Part shown: in pieces, positions 10,162 to 19,843 of the stretch
Layout of the letters: each line of letters starts with the position of its first letter
Numbering within the stretch: the stretch's first letter is position 1
Source of the DNA: Gammaproteobacteria bacterium
GTDB lineage: Bacteria > Pseudomonadota > Gammaproteobacteria > Eutrophobiales > Eutrophobiaceae
Assembly (NCBI GenBank): GCA_965116495.1
Contig: OZ220696.1
Span: 640,001-704,000, forward strand
DNA length: 64,000 nucleotides
Direction: 5' to 3'
The notes under the pieces: model-generated
The model's database searches: none
Seen by the model: only the letters and a program-made list of their open reading frames with translations
Told to the model about the DNA's origin: nothing
Translations under genes and position numbers: made by a program

Positions 10162-13061
10162 CGCTTATCCCCGTATCTGCCGGTACCGGCATTGCTGCCG
10201 TAGTCTTTCAGGTGTTTACCGAATTGCAAGATATCAGGTATGGATTTATCGTTTAAGCGATGTGGCAGTACGTCGAATTGGGGCTCGCTGTGATATATTT
10301 CATCTCCCTGGCATTTTTCGATCGCCACGCGCAGGTCAAACCAGGCGGCCTGCCCGGTAACCGGGTCGGAATTCGCGTAACGGTAACCGTCCCTGTTCTC
10401 AGGCAGTAATTCAGAAATGATGTGGTTGAGTAAAAACCCCTGTTTTGCTTCGGGTGCATCCTTATGCAGGTTCCAGGCGCCACTGCGTTTGCCGACTGCA
10501 TTCCAGGTCCAGACCGTGTCCGGATTGACGCCGTTCATGCATTTGACCCGGCATCGGACTTTACCGTGGGGGCTCTTTACCCAGACCCAGTCGTCATCAC
10601 TGAGATGCAGTTTTTCTGCAAGTTGATGATGTATGTATAAATCATTGGCAGCGGTGATCTGGCGCAACCAGGCATTTTGCGAACCCCAGGAGTGATACAT
10701 GTGCATCGGCCGCTGGGTCAGCGCATGCAACGGATACTGATCGGTATCCACCATGTTGCTTTCGAATGGTTCATACCAGATCGGTAACGGGTCAAAATAG
10801 GTCCGTATCCGCTGTTTATACTTTTCCGGCGCCGGGTAATGACCCTGGCCCTCGGCAGCCAGGCGAAACCGTTGTATTGCTTCGCTGTACAGTTGCAGGA
10901 CTATCGGTTGGTCGTTGTAGATCCAGCCGACGGCATGGGCAAATTCCAGGTACGATTTGTTGGCGAATTTATAGTAACGCTGATCTGCAGTGAATTCATG
11001 GCGCCAGTAACAGTCGTTGTTGATATAGCGCTGTAACTGGTCCGGGTTGGGTTGTCCGGTGCAGTGCTGATCACCGTCCGGGCCGCGCCAACCCGCCAGC
11101 GGGCCGATGCGCTCAGTGCGCATATGGTTAACCATGTAGTCCGCATAACCGCCGGGGTACCTGGCCGTACCATCGGCCTTGACCATGCCGGGCAACTTGA
11201 GCCGTGCCCCCAACTCCAGCAATACATCCTGAAACGGTCTCACCTGCCGGTCCGGCAACACCACAGGCTGCCGGATCGAATCGGCAACGGCATCCGCTTC
11301 ACCGATGGGCCGGTCCATCAGAGAAATACAATCCCAGCGCTCCAGGTATGTCGTATCCGGCAGTACCAGGTCAGCATAAGGGACCGTTTCCGAATAGTAG
11401 GCATCACTGTAGATAACATGCGGGATTTTATACTCTCCCGTTTTATCGTCCTTGTCAGTCAGGTATTTCAGGGTCTCCGGTACGTTCATGGAGGAATTCC
11501 ACGCCATGTTCGCCATGTACATGAATAATGTATCAATCGGGTAAGGATCAGCTTTCCAGGCGTTATGTATCACCATATGCATCATGCCGTGCAAGGCCAG
11601 TGGGTATTCCCAGCTGAACGCCTTATCGATGCGCTGGGCCGTTCCGTCATCCCGGTTCAGCAATTCAGCCGGCGTGGTTGGAAAGCCGAGGGGCATCCCG
11701 CCTAACGGCGTATCCGGTTTGTCCGGATCACCGGCCGGTATATCGGGCGGCGGAATGTGTTTGGGGTAGGGCGCTTTGTAACGAAAACCACCGGGCACAT
11801 CTATCGAACCCAGCAAAATCTGCAGGATGTGCAGTGCGCGGCAGGTATGAAAGCCGTTTGAGTGGGCAGAAATACCACGCATTGCATGCATGGAAACCGG
11901 CCTGCCGATCATTTTGTCGTGTCTGCGGCCGGTCCAGTCTGTCCAGGGGATATCAAGTTCCAGCTGCTGTTCAAAGGCAGCCTCGGCCAGTTCTGCAGCA
12001 ATCCGTCTGATCTGTGCGGCCGGGATACCTGTTTTACCAGCGACCTGTTCCGGCGCATAAGCCGTATCCAGAAAACGCTGTGCGAGCAGGTGGAAGACCG
12101 GTACAACCCGGCGGCCGTCGATCAGTTCATAGCTTCCCACCAAAGCAGGTGAGATAGCTTGAGAACTTGCATCAACCGTTTCTTTTGCAATGTTATCAAA
12201 GCACAAGGGCTTGCCTGATTCAACGTCACGCGCAAACAGGCCGTGCTCCCGTGTTCCGGGGTCCTGGATCACCAGCCAGTGTGCGTTGGTGTAGCGCACG
12301 AGATATTCCCAATCGATCTTCTCGGCTTTCAACAACTCGTGGATCAGCGAGAAGATTAATAAACCGTCGGTGCCGGGTCGTATCCCCAGCCATTCGTCCG
12401 CAATTGCCGAATAACCGGTACGTACCGGGTTGATCGAAACAAATTTTGTATCCTGTCTGCTTTTCAGCTTGCCCAGACCCATCTTGATGGGATTGGAGGC
12501 GTGGTCCTCTGCGACACCGAACATCATGAAATAGCGCGTGTGCTCCCAATCAGGCTCGCCGAATTCCCAGAATGAGCCACCGATCGTGTAAAGGCCGGCA
12601 GCAGCCATGTTCACGGAACAAAATCCGCCGTGCGCAGCATAATTCGGCGTGCCGAATTGTTGGGCCCACCAGCCGGTCAGGGATTGGCTTTGATCACGGC
12701 CGGTAAAAAACGCCAGCCGCCTGGGGTCTGTGGAGCGGATGTTTGACAACCAGCCGGCGGCAATGTCCAGGGCCTCATCCCAACTGATCTCCTTGAATTC
12801 GCCGGCGCCGCGTTTACCCACTCTCAGCAGTGGATTGGTCAACCGGGCGGGGGAGTAGTGCTGCATTATGCCGGCCGCGCCTTTTGCACACAGCACCCCC
12901 TTGTTTACCGGGTGGTCGGGATTGCCTTCTATGTAACGGACGGTACCGTCCTTCAGATGAACCCGGATGCCGCAGCGGCAGGCACACATATAACAGGTTG
13001 TAGTCTTGACTTGATCCGGATTTCCAGGGGAGGTTGACTGAGTTTGGCCGGATTGATCCAT
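10158..13061 (-). CDS. soeA: Sulfite dehydrogenase molybdopterin subunit SoeA
   Basis: KTTTCYMCACRCGI, HPVNKGVLCAKG, AAHGGFCSVNMAAAG, MRGISAHSNGF, NSDPVTGQAAWFDL. It has no Tat signal, which fits cytoplasmic SoeA. Confidence 0.92.
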   Translation of the reverse strand: MDQSGQTQSTSPGNPDQVKTTTCYMCACRCGIRVHLKDGTVRYIEGNPDHPVNKGVLCAKGAAGIMQHYSPARLTNPLLRVGKRGAGEFKEISWDEALDIAAGWLSNIRSTDPRRLAFFTGRDQSQSLTGWWAQQFGTPNYAAHGGFCSVNMAAAGLYTIGGSFWEFGEPDWEHTRYFMMFGVAEDHASNPIKMGLGKLKSRQDTKFVSINPVRTGYSAIADEWLGIRPGTDGLLIFSLIHELLKAEKIDWEYLVRYTNAHWLVIQDPGTREHGLFARDVESGKPLCFDNIAKETVDASSQAISPALVGSYELIDGRRVVPVFHLLAQRFLDTAYAPEQVAGKTGIPAAQIRRIAAELAEAAFEQQLELDIPWTDWTGRRHDKMIGRPVSMHAMRGISAHSNGFHTCRALHILQILLGSIDVPGGFRYKAPYPKHIPPPDIPAGDPDKPDTPLGGMPLGFPTTPAELLNRDDGTAQRIDKAFSWEYPLALHGMMHMVIHNAWKADPYPIDTLFMYMANMAWNSSMNVPETLKYLTDKDDKTGEYKIPHVIYSDAYYSETVPYADLVLPDTTYLERWDCISLMDRPIGEADAVADSIRQPVVLPDRQVRPFQDVLLELGARLKLPGMVKADGTARYPGGYADYMVNHMRTERIGPLAGWRGPDGDQHCTGQPNPDQLQRYINNDCYWRHEFTADQRYYKFANKSYLEFAHAVGWIYNDQPIVLQLYSEAIQRFRLAAEGQGHYPAPEKYKQRIRTYFDPLPIWYEPFESNMVDTDQYPLHALTQRPMHMYHSWGSQNAWLRQITAANDLYIHHQLAEKLHLSDDDWVWVKSPHGKVRCRVKCMNGVNPDTVWTWNAVGKRSGAWNLHKDAPEAKQGFLLNHIISELLPENRDGYRYANSDPVTGQAAWFDLRVAIEKCQGDEIYHSEPQFDVLPHRLNDKSIPDILQFGKHLKDYGSNAGTGRYGDKR

Positions 13062-13077
13062 ACTTGAAGCATTATAG

Positions 13078-13105
13078 CTAATAGTTCTAAGCTTAGAAAT
13101 ATTAG
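13078..13105. promoter_or_regulatory. 28-bp near-perfect palindrome upstream of soeA (putative operator)
   Basis: CTAATAgTTCTAAG|CTTAGAAaTATTAG, one mismatch, 16 bp from the soeA start codon. Confidence 0.7.
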
Positions 13106-13237
13106 TTTTAAGAAAGATGTGATTATTTTTCTGACAGTACCCATCGCCTGCCCCACTGTACTGTATGGACGCGCCGTGGCGGGTAAACGACTAACAGCCC
13201 GGATGCGTCAACCCACCGGGAGAGGTTCCCGGATTAG

Positions 13238-14965
13238 CTACGGGCCGGCGTGCGTCGCCTCGAAAACCAGTGTGCCGTTGATCATGGTTTTCTCGACCCT
13301 GACCTGGTGCAATTCCGTCACCGGTATCCGGTAGGGGTCCCGATCCAGCACGATCAAGTCGGCCAGCAAGCCGGGCTCGATACGACCAACCCGATCGGCC
13401 ATTCCCAGGTGTCTTGCCGAATTGACCGTGAACAGGCGGATAGCCTGGTCCAGGGAGATTGCCTGTTCCTTACCGAAGTGGTTTTCGCTGCCGCCCGGTT
13501 CCTCCCTGGTGACCAGCGCCTCCACCGCGATCCACGGATTGACCGAGGGGACAACGGCCCAGTCCGAGCCAGGCACCACCAGGGCGCCGGCTTCGATCAT
13601 TTCCCGCACCGGCCAGACGCGCCTGGTGCGGTCTTCTCCCACCTCCTTGGAAATATCATCGTTGATGGGGCTGGGACTCCATAAATAAGGAGATACCTCA
13701 AAAGTTGCACCGAGTGACCGGGCGCGGGGCAGGTCTTGCCGGGAAACAAAAGTACAGTGACCCACGTCGTGCAACTGGCCGCTGAAACCGTTAGCCCTGC
13801 GCGCCGCCTCGAAGGCATTCAAGCCCGCCCGCACCGCGGCATCTCCTGCGGCATGGAATTTCACCGTCAGGCCCATCCGGTCGAACCGGATCACCGCTTC
13901 GTTCAGGGTATCCTGCTCCACCAGCAGCATACCGTAACGGCTCGCATCATCGTTGCGTCCTTCCATGGGTAGTGTATAAGGCTCCAGCATTGCGGCGGTA
14001 TGGCTGTCGGTCGGGACGCCATCCAGAAATATCTTGATACAGTCGGTGGCAACATTGGTTCGTGCATACAGGTTGCGATCCGCAATCACGGCTTCAAGCT
14101 CCGCATTGCCCGGTTCCCAGTTCAGACACAATCTGACCCGTTGCTTGACCGTTCCCGCATCGGCCATGTCCGCATAAAGCTTCACTTCCCGGGCCATGCC
14201 GGCGACAAAACCCGTCGATGCCTCGGTAAAAGAAGTGATTCCATGAGACAACATCTGATCCATGCTCCACTCAAGCGCAGCGCGCAGCGCTTCATGCGAA
14301 TGCGGCGGCACATGCATCCTGACAAGCATTATGGCCGATTCGCGCAAGATGCCAGTGGGTTCACCACCGCTGTCACGCTCAATGATACCGCCTTCAGGGT
14401 CCGGCGTATCGGCCGTGACTCCGGCAATTGCCAACGCGCTGGAGTTGGCCCAGGCGCTGTGGCCGCTGGTGTCGCTTAACAGAACGGGGTTGTCAGGTGA
14501 GACAAAGTCCAGCATGGCACGGTCCGGGATTTGTCCAATAGCATGGGCATCCCACTGCCCTCCGGTAATCCAGCTACCCGTATCCGCCCTGCCGATGCAG
14601 GCCTGCACTTCATGCTGAATCTGTTCCAGGGTTGAGCCTTGTTCAATCTTGCATTCCGTCTGCCTGACACCGGCAAACAGGGGATGTACGTGCATGTCAT
14701 GGAATCCGGGCAAAACTACCTTGCCCTGTAGATCGATACTTTGGGTTTGCGGACCGGCCAGAGCCGTAATGTCCTCAATGTTACCCACGGCAACAATCAC
14801 GCCGGCGCGTATGGCCAGCGCTTGCGCCACGGGTTGTTCGGGGTTCAGCGTGTAGATTCCGGCGTTGGTGAGGATGGTATCAGCCTGTTCGGCCGCGGCC
14901 AGTACGTGTCCGCACAAGGCACACAAGACAACAGCAGTCAGCAAGGTCGAATTTTTTCCCTGCAT
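13238..14965 (-). CDS. Exported amidohydrolase (Amidohydro_3/YtcJ-like)
   Basis: Signal peptide, PGFHDMHVHP, KIFLDG, KFHAAGD, GSDW, GRIEPGLLADLIVL. Confidence 0.9.
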   Translation of the reverse strand: MQGKNSTLLTAVVLCALCGHVLAAAEQADTILTNAGIYTLNPEQPVAQALAIRAGVIVAVGNIEDITALAGPQTQSIDLQGKVVLPGFHDMHVHPLFAGVRQTECKIEQGSTLEQIQHEVQACIGRADTGSWITGGQWDAHAIGQIPDRAMLDFVSPDNPVLLSDTSGHSAWANSSALAIAGVTADTPDPEGGIIERDSGGEPTGILRESAIMLVRMHVPPHSHEALRAALEWSMDQMLSHGITSFTEASTGFVAGMAREVKLYADMADAGTVKQRVRLCLNWEPGNAELEAVIADRNLYARTNVATDCIKIFLDGVPTDSHTAAMLEPYTLPMEGRNDDASRYGMLLVEQDTLNEAVIRFDRMGLTVKFHAAGDAAVRAGLNAFEAARRANGFSGQLHDVGHCTFVSRQDLPRARSLGATFEVSPYLWSPSPINDDISKEVGEDRTRRVWPVREMIEAGALVVPGSDWAVVPSVNPWIAVEALVTREEPGGSENHFGKEQAISLDQAIRLFTVNSARHLGMADRVGRIEPGLLADLIVLDRDPYRIPVTELHQVRVEKTMINGTLVFEATHAGP

Positions 14966-15001
14966 ACTCTTCTTCCTTAAAGCTGGCCAATCAGCGATTT
15001 T

Positions 15002-17431
15002 CTAGAAAAAATTGTATTTGACGGTTACGCCGACAGTCCTGGGCATGCCGACATAGCGGACGTTGGGTCCGTTACCGGTAAATGCAGAGGGAAAGTAATA
15101 CTCGTCCGTGACATTCCGGCTCCATACCTGCAGTCGCCATTTATCATTATTACTCCCGATGGCGCCTCTCACGTTGAATATCGTGTAATCGCTGGAGCGA
15201 AAAGCAGGTCCCGCGACACCGCCGGATTCATCAACATAATTGACGTCGCCGGCGAGTTCCAGGTATATCGCATCATTCAGGGACCAGCGATAACTGACCA
15301 GACCGTTATAGGACCACTCGGGCGCCTGCGCGAGCGGCGCTCCCGCCGCGTCGATATACAGGGTTTCCGGCCATACGCTGGCAGGGTCCACAGCCTGCCA
15401 CTCCTTGATTTCGGAATCTATGTATGAAGCGCCGAAATGCAGGTTCAGGCCTGCAACCGGCGCCCAGTCCAATTCCACTTCAGCGCCCAGCACTTCCGCT
15501 TTGGGGATATTCGTCAGACCGACGATGTTGCCTACGAAGGTAACTGCCAGGTCGCCCTCCTGCTTGTCCTTGTAATCATAAAAATACCCGTTCAGGTTCA
15601 ATTGCATGCTACCGTCGAATAAGGTCATCTTGGTGCCCAGTTCATAGGCGGTGAGCGTCTCCGGGCGGTATGGCAACAACTGGGTGGTAGCATTCGAATT
15701 GGCGCCGTTGAAGCCGCCGGACTTGAACCCGCGGGATGCGGAAAAATAGGCCAGTATGTCGTCGTTGAACGCATAATCGAGGCCCGCTTTCCACATCCAT
15801 TTATTGGTGTCGATGGTATCGGTAAACACCCGGAAAGCATCGTTCGGATTGGCAGTGGCGAAGATATTGTTCGGCGAGTTCGGGTCATCATCGATGGTGC
15901 CGCAGTCACCCGGTCCCAGTGAAGGGCCGAACAGCAGGTTCAGGAAGTTACCCAGGGAATTGTCCGTTGCGGAAAACGTACAGCCGGACCAGGTGCGCTC
16001 TTCACTGGTATAGCGCGCGCCCAGGGTCACTTTTAGTTGCTCTGTGAACGACCACTCCACGTGGCCGAAGCCGGCGATGGATTCGGTATCCTGCTCATAA
16101 CTCGTGTCGAGCTCCAGGATCGGTGCGAACGCAAAGGGAATTGCGCCCCAGGGAATGGAGCCGTTTCCGAAAAAGGAATCGGGCATGAAAAAGTGATACA
16201 TCTCGCTGACGTCATCATTCGAATAGTACATGCCGGCGAGCCAGGTCAGCCGGTCGGTCTCCATGGAGATGATCAATTCCTGGGAAAAGGCCTCAACCCT
16301 GGAGGTGTTGATGTTGGAGGTATCCACAAAGTCGCCGCCGTCACCTTCGAAGGCTTCACGCCGGTCAAACTCGTCGTAGGAGGTCAGCGAAGTTACGGTG
16401 ACGCCGCCTATATTCCATTCCAGCCTGCCCGAGACGCCGATCAATTCGTTATCCCGCTCCGGCCTGATATCGTAAGTGGTGCCGGTGATGGCGCTGGTAT
16501 AGGTATTGCTCCAATCTGCATCCTTGTTGTCCTTGCCGTCGGAGAACCACGGCGGTGTCGAAGTCAGCGTGACAAAATCAGGGCTGTAGTTTTCAAGGGG
16601 GGTATGTGGCAGCAGGGCAAGACCGGCGCCGATGTCAGTGCCGTCAATGGCGGCAGGCGACTGGTTCTCGGAATCATCCTTGGTATAACGCACGTTAAGT
16701 TCGAGACGCGCATCCTGGCCTATGTCGATATCCAGTATGCCGCGCACGGATTCCACGTTCTTCTCGCCCAGGTCATCGTCCCGGGTCAGGCTCTCCTGCC
16801 AGCCGTCGAACGAATGTATCGTCCTGAATGCGAACCTGCCCCGGGCCTGTTTGCTGATGGGGCCGCTGACGAAGCCTTCCAGGTCGATGGTCTCGTAGGA
16901 ACCGAAACTCCCGGTCACTCCGGCTTCGAGTTCTTCCGTCGGTTTTTTGCTGATGAAATTGATCTGTCCGGCAGTGGTGTTGCGTCCGTACAGGTCACCC
17001 TGCGGGCCTCTCAGCACTTCTATCCTCTCGAGATCGAATAGCGTGCCCCGGCTCATGACCGTGTAGGGAATATTGACGCCGTCGAGGTAAAGGCCGACGG
17101 TGGCTGAACTGGAAGTGGTGAAATCCTGGAAGCCGACGCCGCGCAGGGTATATTGCGGCACGCCGGTAGCGGCGGTCTCGTTGATGTTCAGGGCAGGCGT
17201 GAACCTGGCCAGGTCTTCCGCGGTACTGATCCCCAGGTCCTGAACGAGTTCTCCCGACATGACGTTAATGGTAATGCCGACGTCGTTGATTCCCTGCTCG
17301 CGTTTCTGCGCAGTCACGATGATTTCTTCAAGCGCGGTCTGCTGGCCCAGGACCGAAGCGGGAAGAGCAGCAAATAAAAAAACCAAACAGGAAGTCAATC
17401 TAAAGGAAGGTAGTTGATTCTCGGCTGGCAT
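15002..17431 (-). CDS. TonB-dependent receptor
   Basis: LEEIIVTAQKREQ TonB box, ERIEVLRGPQGDLYGRNTTAG plug, C-terminal PRTVGVTVKYNFF. Confidence 0.95.
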   Translation of the reverse strand: MPAENQLPSFRLTSCLVFLFAALPASVLGQQTALEEIIVTAQKREQGINDVGITINVMSGELVQDLGISTAEDLARFTPALNINETAATGVPQYTLRGVGFQDFTTSSSATVGLYLDGVNIPYTVMSRGTLFDLERIEVLRGPQGDLYGRNTTAGQINFISKKPTEELEAGVTGSFGSYETIDLEGFVSGPISKQARGRFAFRTIHSFDGWQESLTRDDDLGEKNVESVRGILDIDIGQDARLELNVRYTKDDSENQSPAAIDGTDIGAGLALLPHTPLENYSPDFVTLTSTPPWFSDGKDNKDADWSNTYTSAITGTTYDIRPERDNELIGVSGRLEWNIGGVTVTSLTSYDEFDRREAFEGDGGDFVDTSNINTSRVEAFSQELIISMETDRLTWLAGMYYSNDDVSEMYHFFMPDSFFGNGSIPWGAIPFAFAPILELDTSYEQDTESIAGFGHVEWSFTEQLKVTLGARYTSEERTWSGCTFSATDNSLGNFLNLLFGPSLGPGDCGTIDDDPNSPNNIFATANPNDAFRVFTDTIDTNKWMWKAGLDYAFNDDILAYFSASRGFKSGGFNGANSNATTQLLPYRPETLTAYELGTKMTLFDGSMQLNLNGYFYDYKDKQEGDLAVTFVGNIVGLTNIPKAEVLGAEVELDWAPVAGLNLHFGASYIDSEIKEWQAVDPASVWPETLYIDAAGAPLAQAPEWSYNGLVSYRWSLNDAIYLELAGDVNYVDESGGVAGPAFRSSDYTIFNVRGAIGSNNDKWRLQVWSRNVTDEYYFPSAFTGNGPNVRYVGMPRTVGVTVKYNFF

Positions 17432-17476
17432 GTTCTTTCTCCGGTATTAACGCGCTACTGGCGCTGTCGAATTAAC

Positions 17477-17495
17477 TACGAGTAATTATTCGCAT
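17477..17495. promoter_or_regulatory. Imperfect palindrome in the TBDR/TetR divergent spacer (candidate TetR operator)
   Basis: TACGAGTAA|TTATTCGCA. Confidence 0.45.
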
Positions 17496-17575
17496 ATAGC
17501 CGTGGAAAGTCAAGACAATTCCTGTATTATTTCATACAACGACTAGAACCGGGACAATTAAAGAGAAGAATATCC

Positions 17576-18217
17576 ATGCAGGAAGTCGCAGAAATCCACC
17601 AGAAGCTGTCTCCCAGGAAAAAGCCGTCCCAATCCCGTTCACAGAAGATGGTGAAAGGTATTCTTGACGCAACCCGCAACCTGCTCAGGAAATCCGGCAC
17701 GGGTGAAATTTCCGGGATAACAACCAATCACATTGCCAGGGAAGCGAATATATCGGTCGGGTCGCTGTACCAGTATTTCCCGAACAAGGAGGCCATACTG
17801 TTCGAATTGTACAAGGAGATGCTGGGACAGTTCTCCTCGATCATGGAGGTGTTCAAATCTGAACCTTACCTGTCTCTACCGCGGGAGGAATTCTTTGATC
17901 GCTTCAACAGGGCAATGAAAGACACCGAAGCTGACGTCGAGGTGGTATTTGAAATGCATAACGCCGTCAAGATCTATCCGGCCCTCGCCGAGGCAGACCG
18001 GCGCCATGCGGACCTGATCGCCAGGGAAATGGCCGGCTTCATGAAACACTTCGGTTCCAGCTGGTCAATGGAAAAATTGCAACGTCTGGCGCTACACGCC
18101 TATTACATCAACTACGGCACCTGGATGTATCGCGACCATGCCCGTCCTGATTACGAGGAGGTCCTTGACTGGGAAATCAGCGCGTTGAACTTTATGATCT
18201 CAAAATGCTTTGATTAA
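17576..18217 (+). CDS. TetR/AcrR family transcriptional regulator
   Basis: PRKKPSQSRS...ILDAT...TTNHIAREANISVGSLYQYFPNKEAI HTH. Confidence 0.93.
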   Translation: MQEVAEIHQKLSPRKKPSQSRSQKMVKGILDATRNLLRKSGTGEISGITTNHIAREANISVGSLYQYFPNKEAILFELYKEMLGQFSSIMEVFKSEPYLSLPREEFFDRFNRAMKDTEADVEVVFEMHNAVKIYPALAEADRRHADLIAREMAGFMKHFGSSWSMEKLQRLALHAYYINYGTWMYRDHARPDYEEVLDWEISALNFMISKCFD

Positions 18218-18257
18218 CCTGTTTGCCTTATCGGGCAGGATTATCAACATTTCCGCT

Positions 18258-18469
18258 AAAGCCTTTATGCACAGCGCGGCGGGCCCGCATGAAACCGGGA
18301 ACGGCCAGCACATCGGGGATATCGATATCGTCGTACCAGGCGTTGAATTCTGCTTCCCTGGCCGGGTCCGTGCTTTTGGTCTTGACCACATAGAACCAGT
18401 GACCGTTAATACCGGAATCAGCGGCTGAGGCAGGGACTGTTACGAGATATAACAGGAACCCCACCAATA
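18258..18469 (-). pseudogene. Internal fragment of the DUF4286/EthD-like gene that is intact at 37375-38229
   Basis: Aligns at constant offset 19738 with 37996-38207 (HWFYxVKTKSTDPAREAEFNAWYDDIDIPDVL). Both ends are missing. Confidence 0.88.
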
Positions 18470-18780
18470 AGGTTCCAGAACAGGCAACACCCGCGCGGCT
18501 GCATCATCATACGAGCGAGTCCATTTTATCGATCCGTTGTCAGGGGTAAGGGCGATGACAGTCGGCACAGCAAAAATATTTCCCGTATAGATAGTATCAT
18601 CGGGACCGATTGCAGGAGATAGCAGTCCTTCGCCTTTCGCAGACCAGCGAACTTCTCCGCTGTAGGAATCAACGGCAAGCATATTGCCGTCACCGTCAGC
18701 GCTATACACAGTGTCACCGGATACCGAGAGAGCGGGGCTGGTCCCGCTACCCCCGCCCATAGGCAATTCAATTGAGACAT
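18470..18780 (-). pseudogene. Fragment of a PQQ-like beta-propeller protein
   Basis: GSGTSPALSVSGDTVYSADGDGNMLAVDSYSGEVRW...SPAIGPDDTIY...IALTPDNGSIKW gives two propeller blades with no credible start or end. Confidence 0.7.
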
Positions 18781-18941
18781 GGGCATGGGCAGGCAACCAA
18801 CCTGTGCGGTTGGACTGATGCTGCACACCTGTAGGCCAATCGGCTACGGCGGTTTCCGGTCTGCCTACCGGTTTTCTCAAGTTTGGCGACGACTTCCAAT
18901 TTGACTGTACATAAGGGACTGACCACGTTTTCTCATTTTCA

Positions 18942-19355
18942 TTACGTATCCGGTGATACGATTTTTAGTCCGGGAAAGTAAGTCCGGTAGTTCTTTTCAT
19001 TGCGCGTCAGGAGATTCCATTTCATTACAGCCGCGTGAGCGCCTATGTAGAAATCCGGCAGAGGAGAGGTTTTTACGCCCCCTCTTTTCCTATATTGCAG
19101 GAAACATTTCCCAGCAAGAAAAGCAGCCTCATAGGGAAGATGCTCCCTGCGAAAGAATTTTACAGGCAAGACTTCTTCTGCTTCTTCGATAGTGCTGCAA
19201 TGAACCGAAACTTCCGCATAGATCAAAGGGTTGATTACCAGAGTCGTGGTCCTGCGCATCTCTTTGATGGCATCAAAAGCCCCCTCACTCCATTCCGAAC
19301 CACTGTCAGCTAAATCAATAATAACATTACTATCGACAAGGGTTACAAAGCTCAC
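18942..19355 (-). CDS. vapC: VapC PIN-domain toxin
   Basis: LVDSNVIID, INPLIYAEVS, LPDFYIGAHAA, LLTRN. Overlaps the antitoxin stop by 4 bp (ATGA). Confidence 0.92.
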   Translation of the reverse strand: MSFVTLVDSNVIIDLADSGSEWSEGAFDAIKEMRRTTTLVINPLIYAEVSVHCSTIEEAEEVLPVKFFRREHLPYEAAFLAGKCFLQYRKRGGVKTSPLPDFYIGAHAAVMKWNLLTRNEKNYRTYFPGLKIVSPDT

Positions 19356-19648
19356 TCGTTGTTTCCATCCGGGTTGGTTCGTTTAGCGCCCTTTTTAGGC
19401 ATTTCCCAATCTCTTGTCAGCGCCATAATCTCATCGCTGCTCATACCGGTTGTTTTCCAGCGTTTCCTCCCTTCCTTGAAGTAACTGACTATATCGTTTC
19501 CCCTGCTTGCATTCTTGTAATCCACAGCTTTCACTATTTTAACCGCGCTACCTTCCATAAGAAACTCCACTTCCGTGCTTGGAAGAAAGCCGGCTTTTTC
19601 TCTTATGGCAATTGGAATAGTTACTTGTCCTTTGTTAGTGATACGCAT
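19352..19648 (-). CDS. vapB: AbrB/MazE/SpoVT-family antitoxin
   Basis: MRITNKGQVTIPIAIREKAGF...VEF, upstream of the PIN toxin. Confidence 0.9.
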   Translation of the reverse strand: MRITNKGQVTIPIAIREKAGFLPSTEVEFLMEGSAVKIVKAVDYKNASRGNDIVSYFKEGRKRWKTTGMSSDEIMALTRDWEMPKKGAKRTNPDGNNE

Positions 19649-19677
19649 TTGTCAGCCCTCATGGTTTTAAAAAATTC

Positions 19678-19714
19678 TTACTTATGAAAGTAATACTTTT
19701 TTGCCATTTGTCAA
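19678..19714 (-). promoter_or_regulatory. Sigma70-type promoter with operator palindrome for vapBC
   Basis: Minus strand TTGACA (19714-19709)-N16-TACTTT. The palindrome TTACTT-N4-AAGTAA (19678-19693) overlaps the -10. Confidence 0.6.
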
Positions 19715-19798
19715 GAAGCATGGAAGAGGCACGGAAGAAAATATGGGACAGACCTTGATAGATCCATAGTGTAACAAGGGACAGACCACGTATTAGAC

Positions 19799-19827
19799 AG
19801 GCCGGTCGTCAGATTGGCCTTTTTTTT
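19799..19827 (+). terminator. Rho-independent terminator
   Basis: AGGCCGGTC-gtca-GATTGGCCT followed by a T-run. Confidence 0.65.
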
Positions 19828-19843
19828 ATTCAAGTTGTTTCAA

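Larger units (their letters stand above)
18913..19791. repeat. 16-bp direct repeats AAGGGACWGACCACGT (18913-18928 and 19776-19791; partial GGGACAGACC at 19745-19754) bracketing vapBC
   Basis: 15 of 16 positions identical, read directly from the sequence. Confidence 0.75.

Noticed and set aside
10158-13061. DMSO, polysulfide or tetrathionate reductase
   Set aside because: There is no Tat signal, and the CYMCACRCGI and HGGFCSVN motifs plus the MHPAFSVI anchor fit SoeABC.
16037-17041. Long antisense ORFs (also 5345-6139, 38300-39028, 45580-46464, 56096-56998)
   Set aside because: They are shadows of well-supported genes on the opposite strand and have no motifs.
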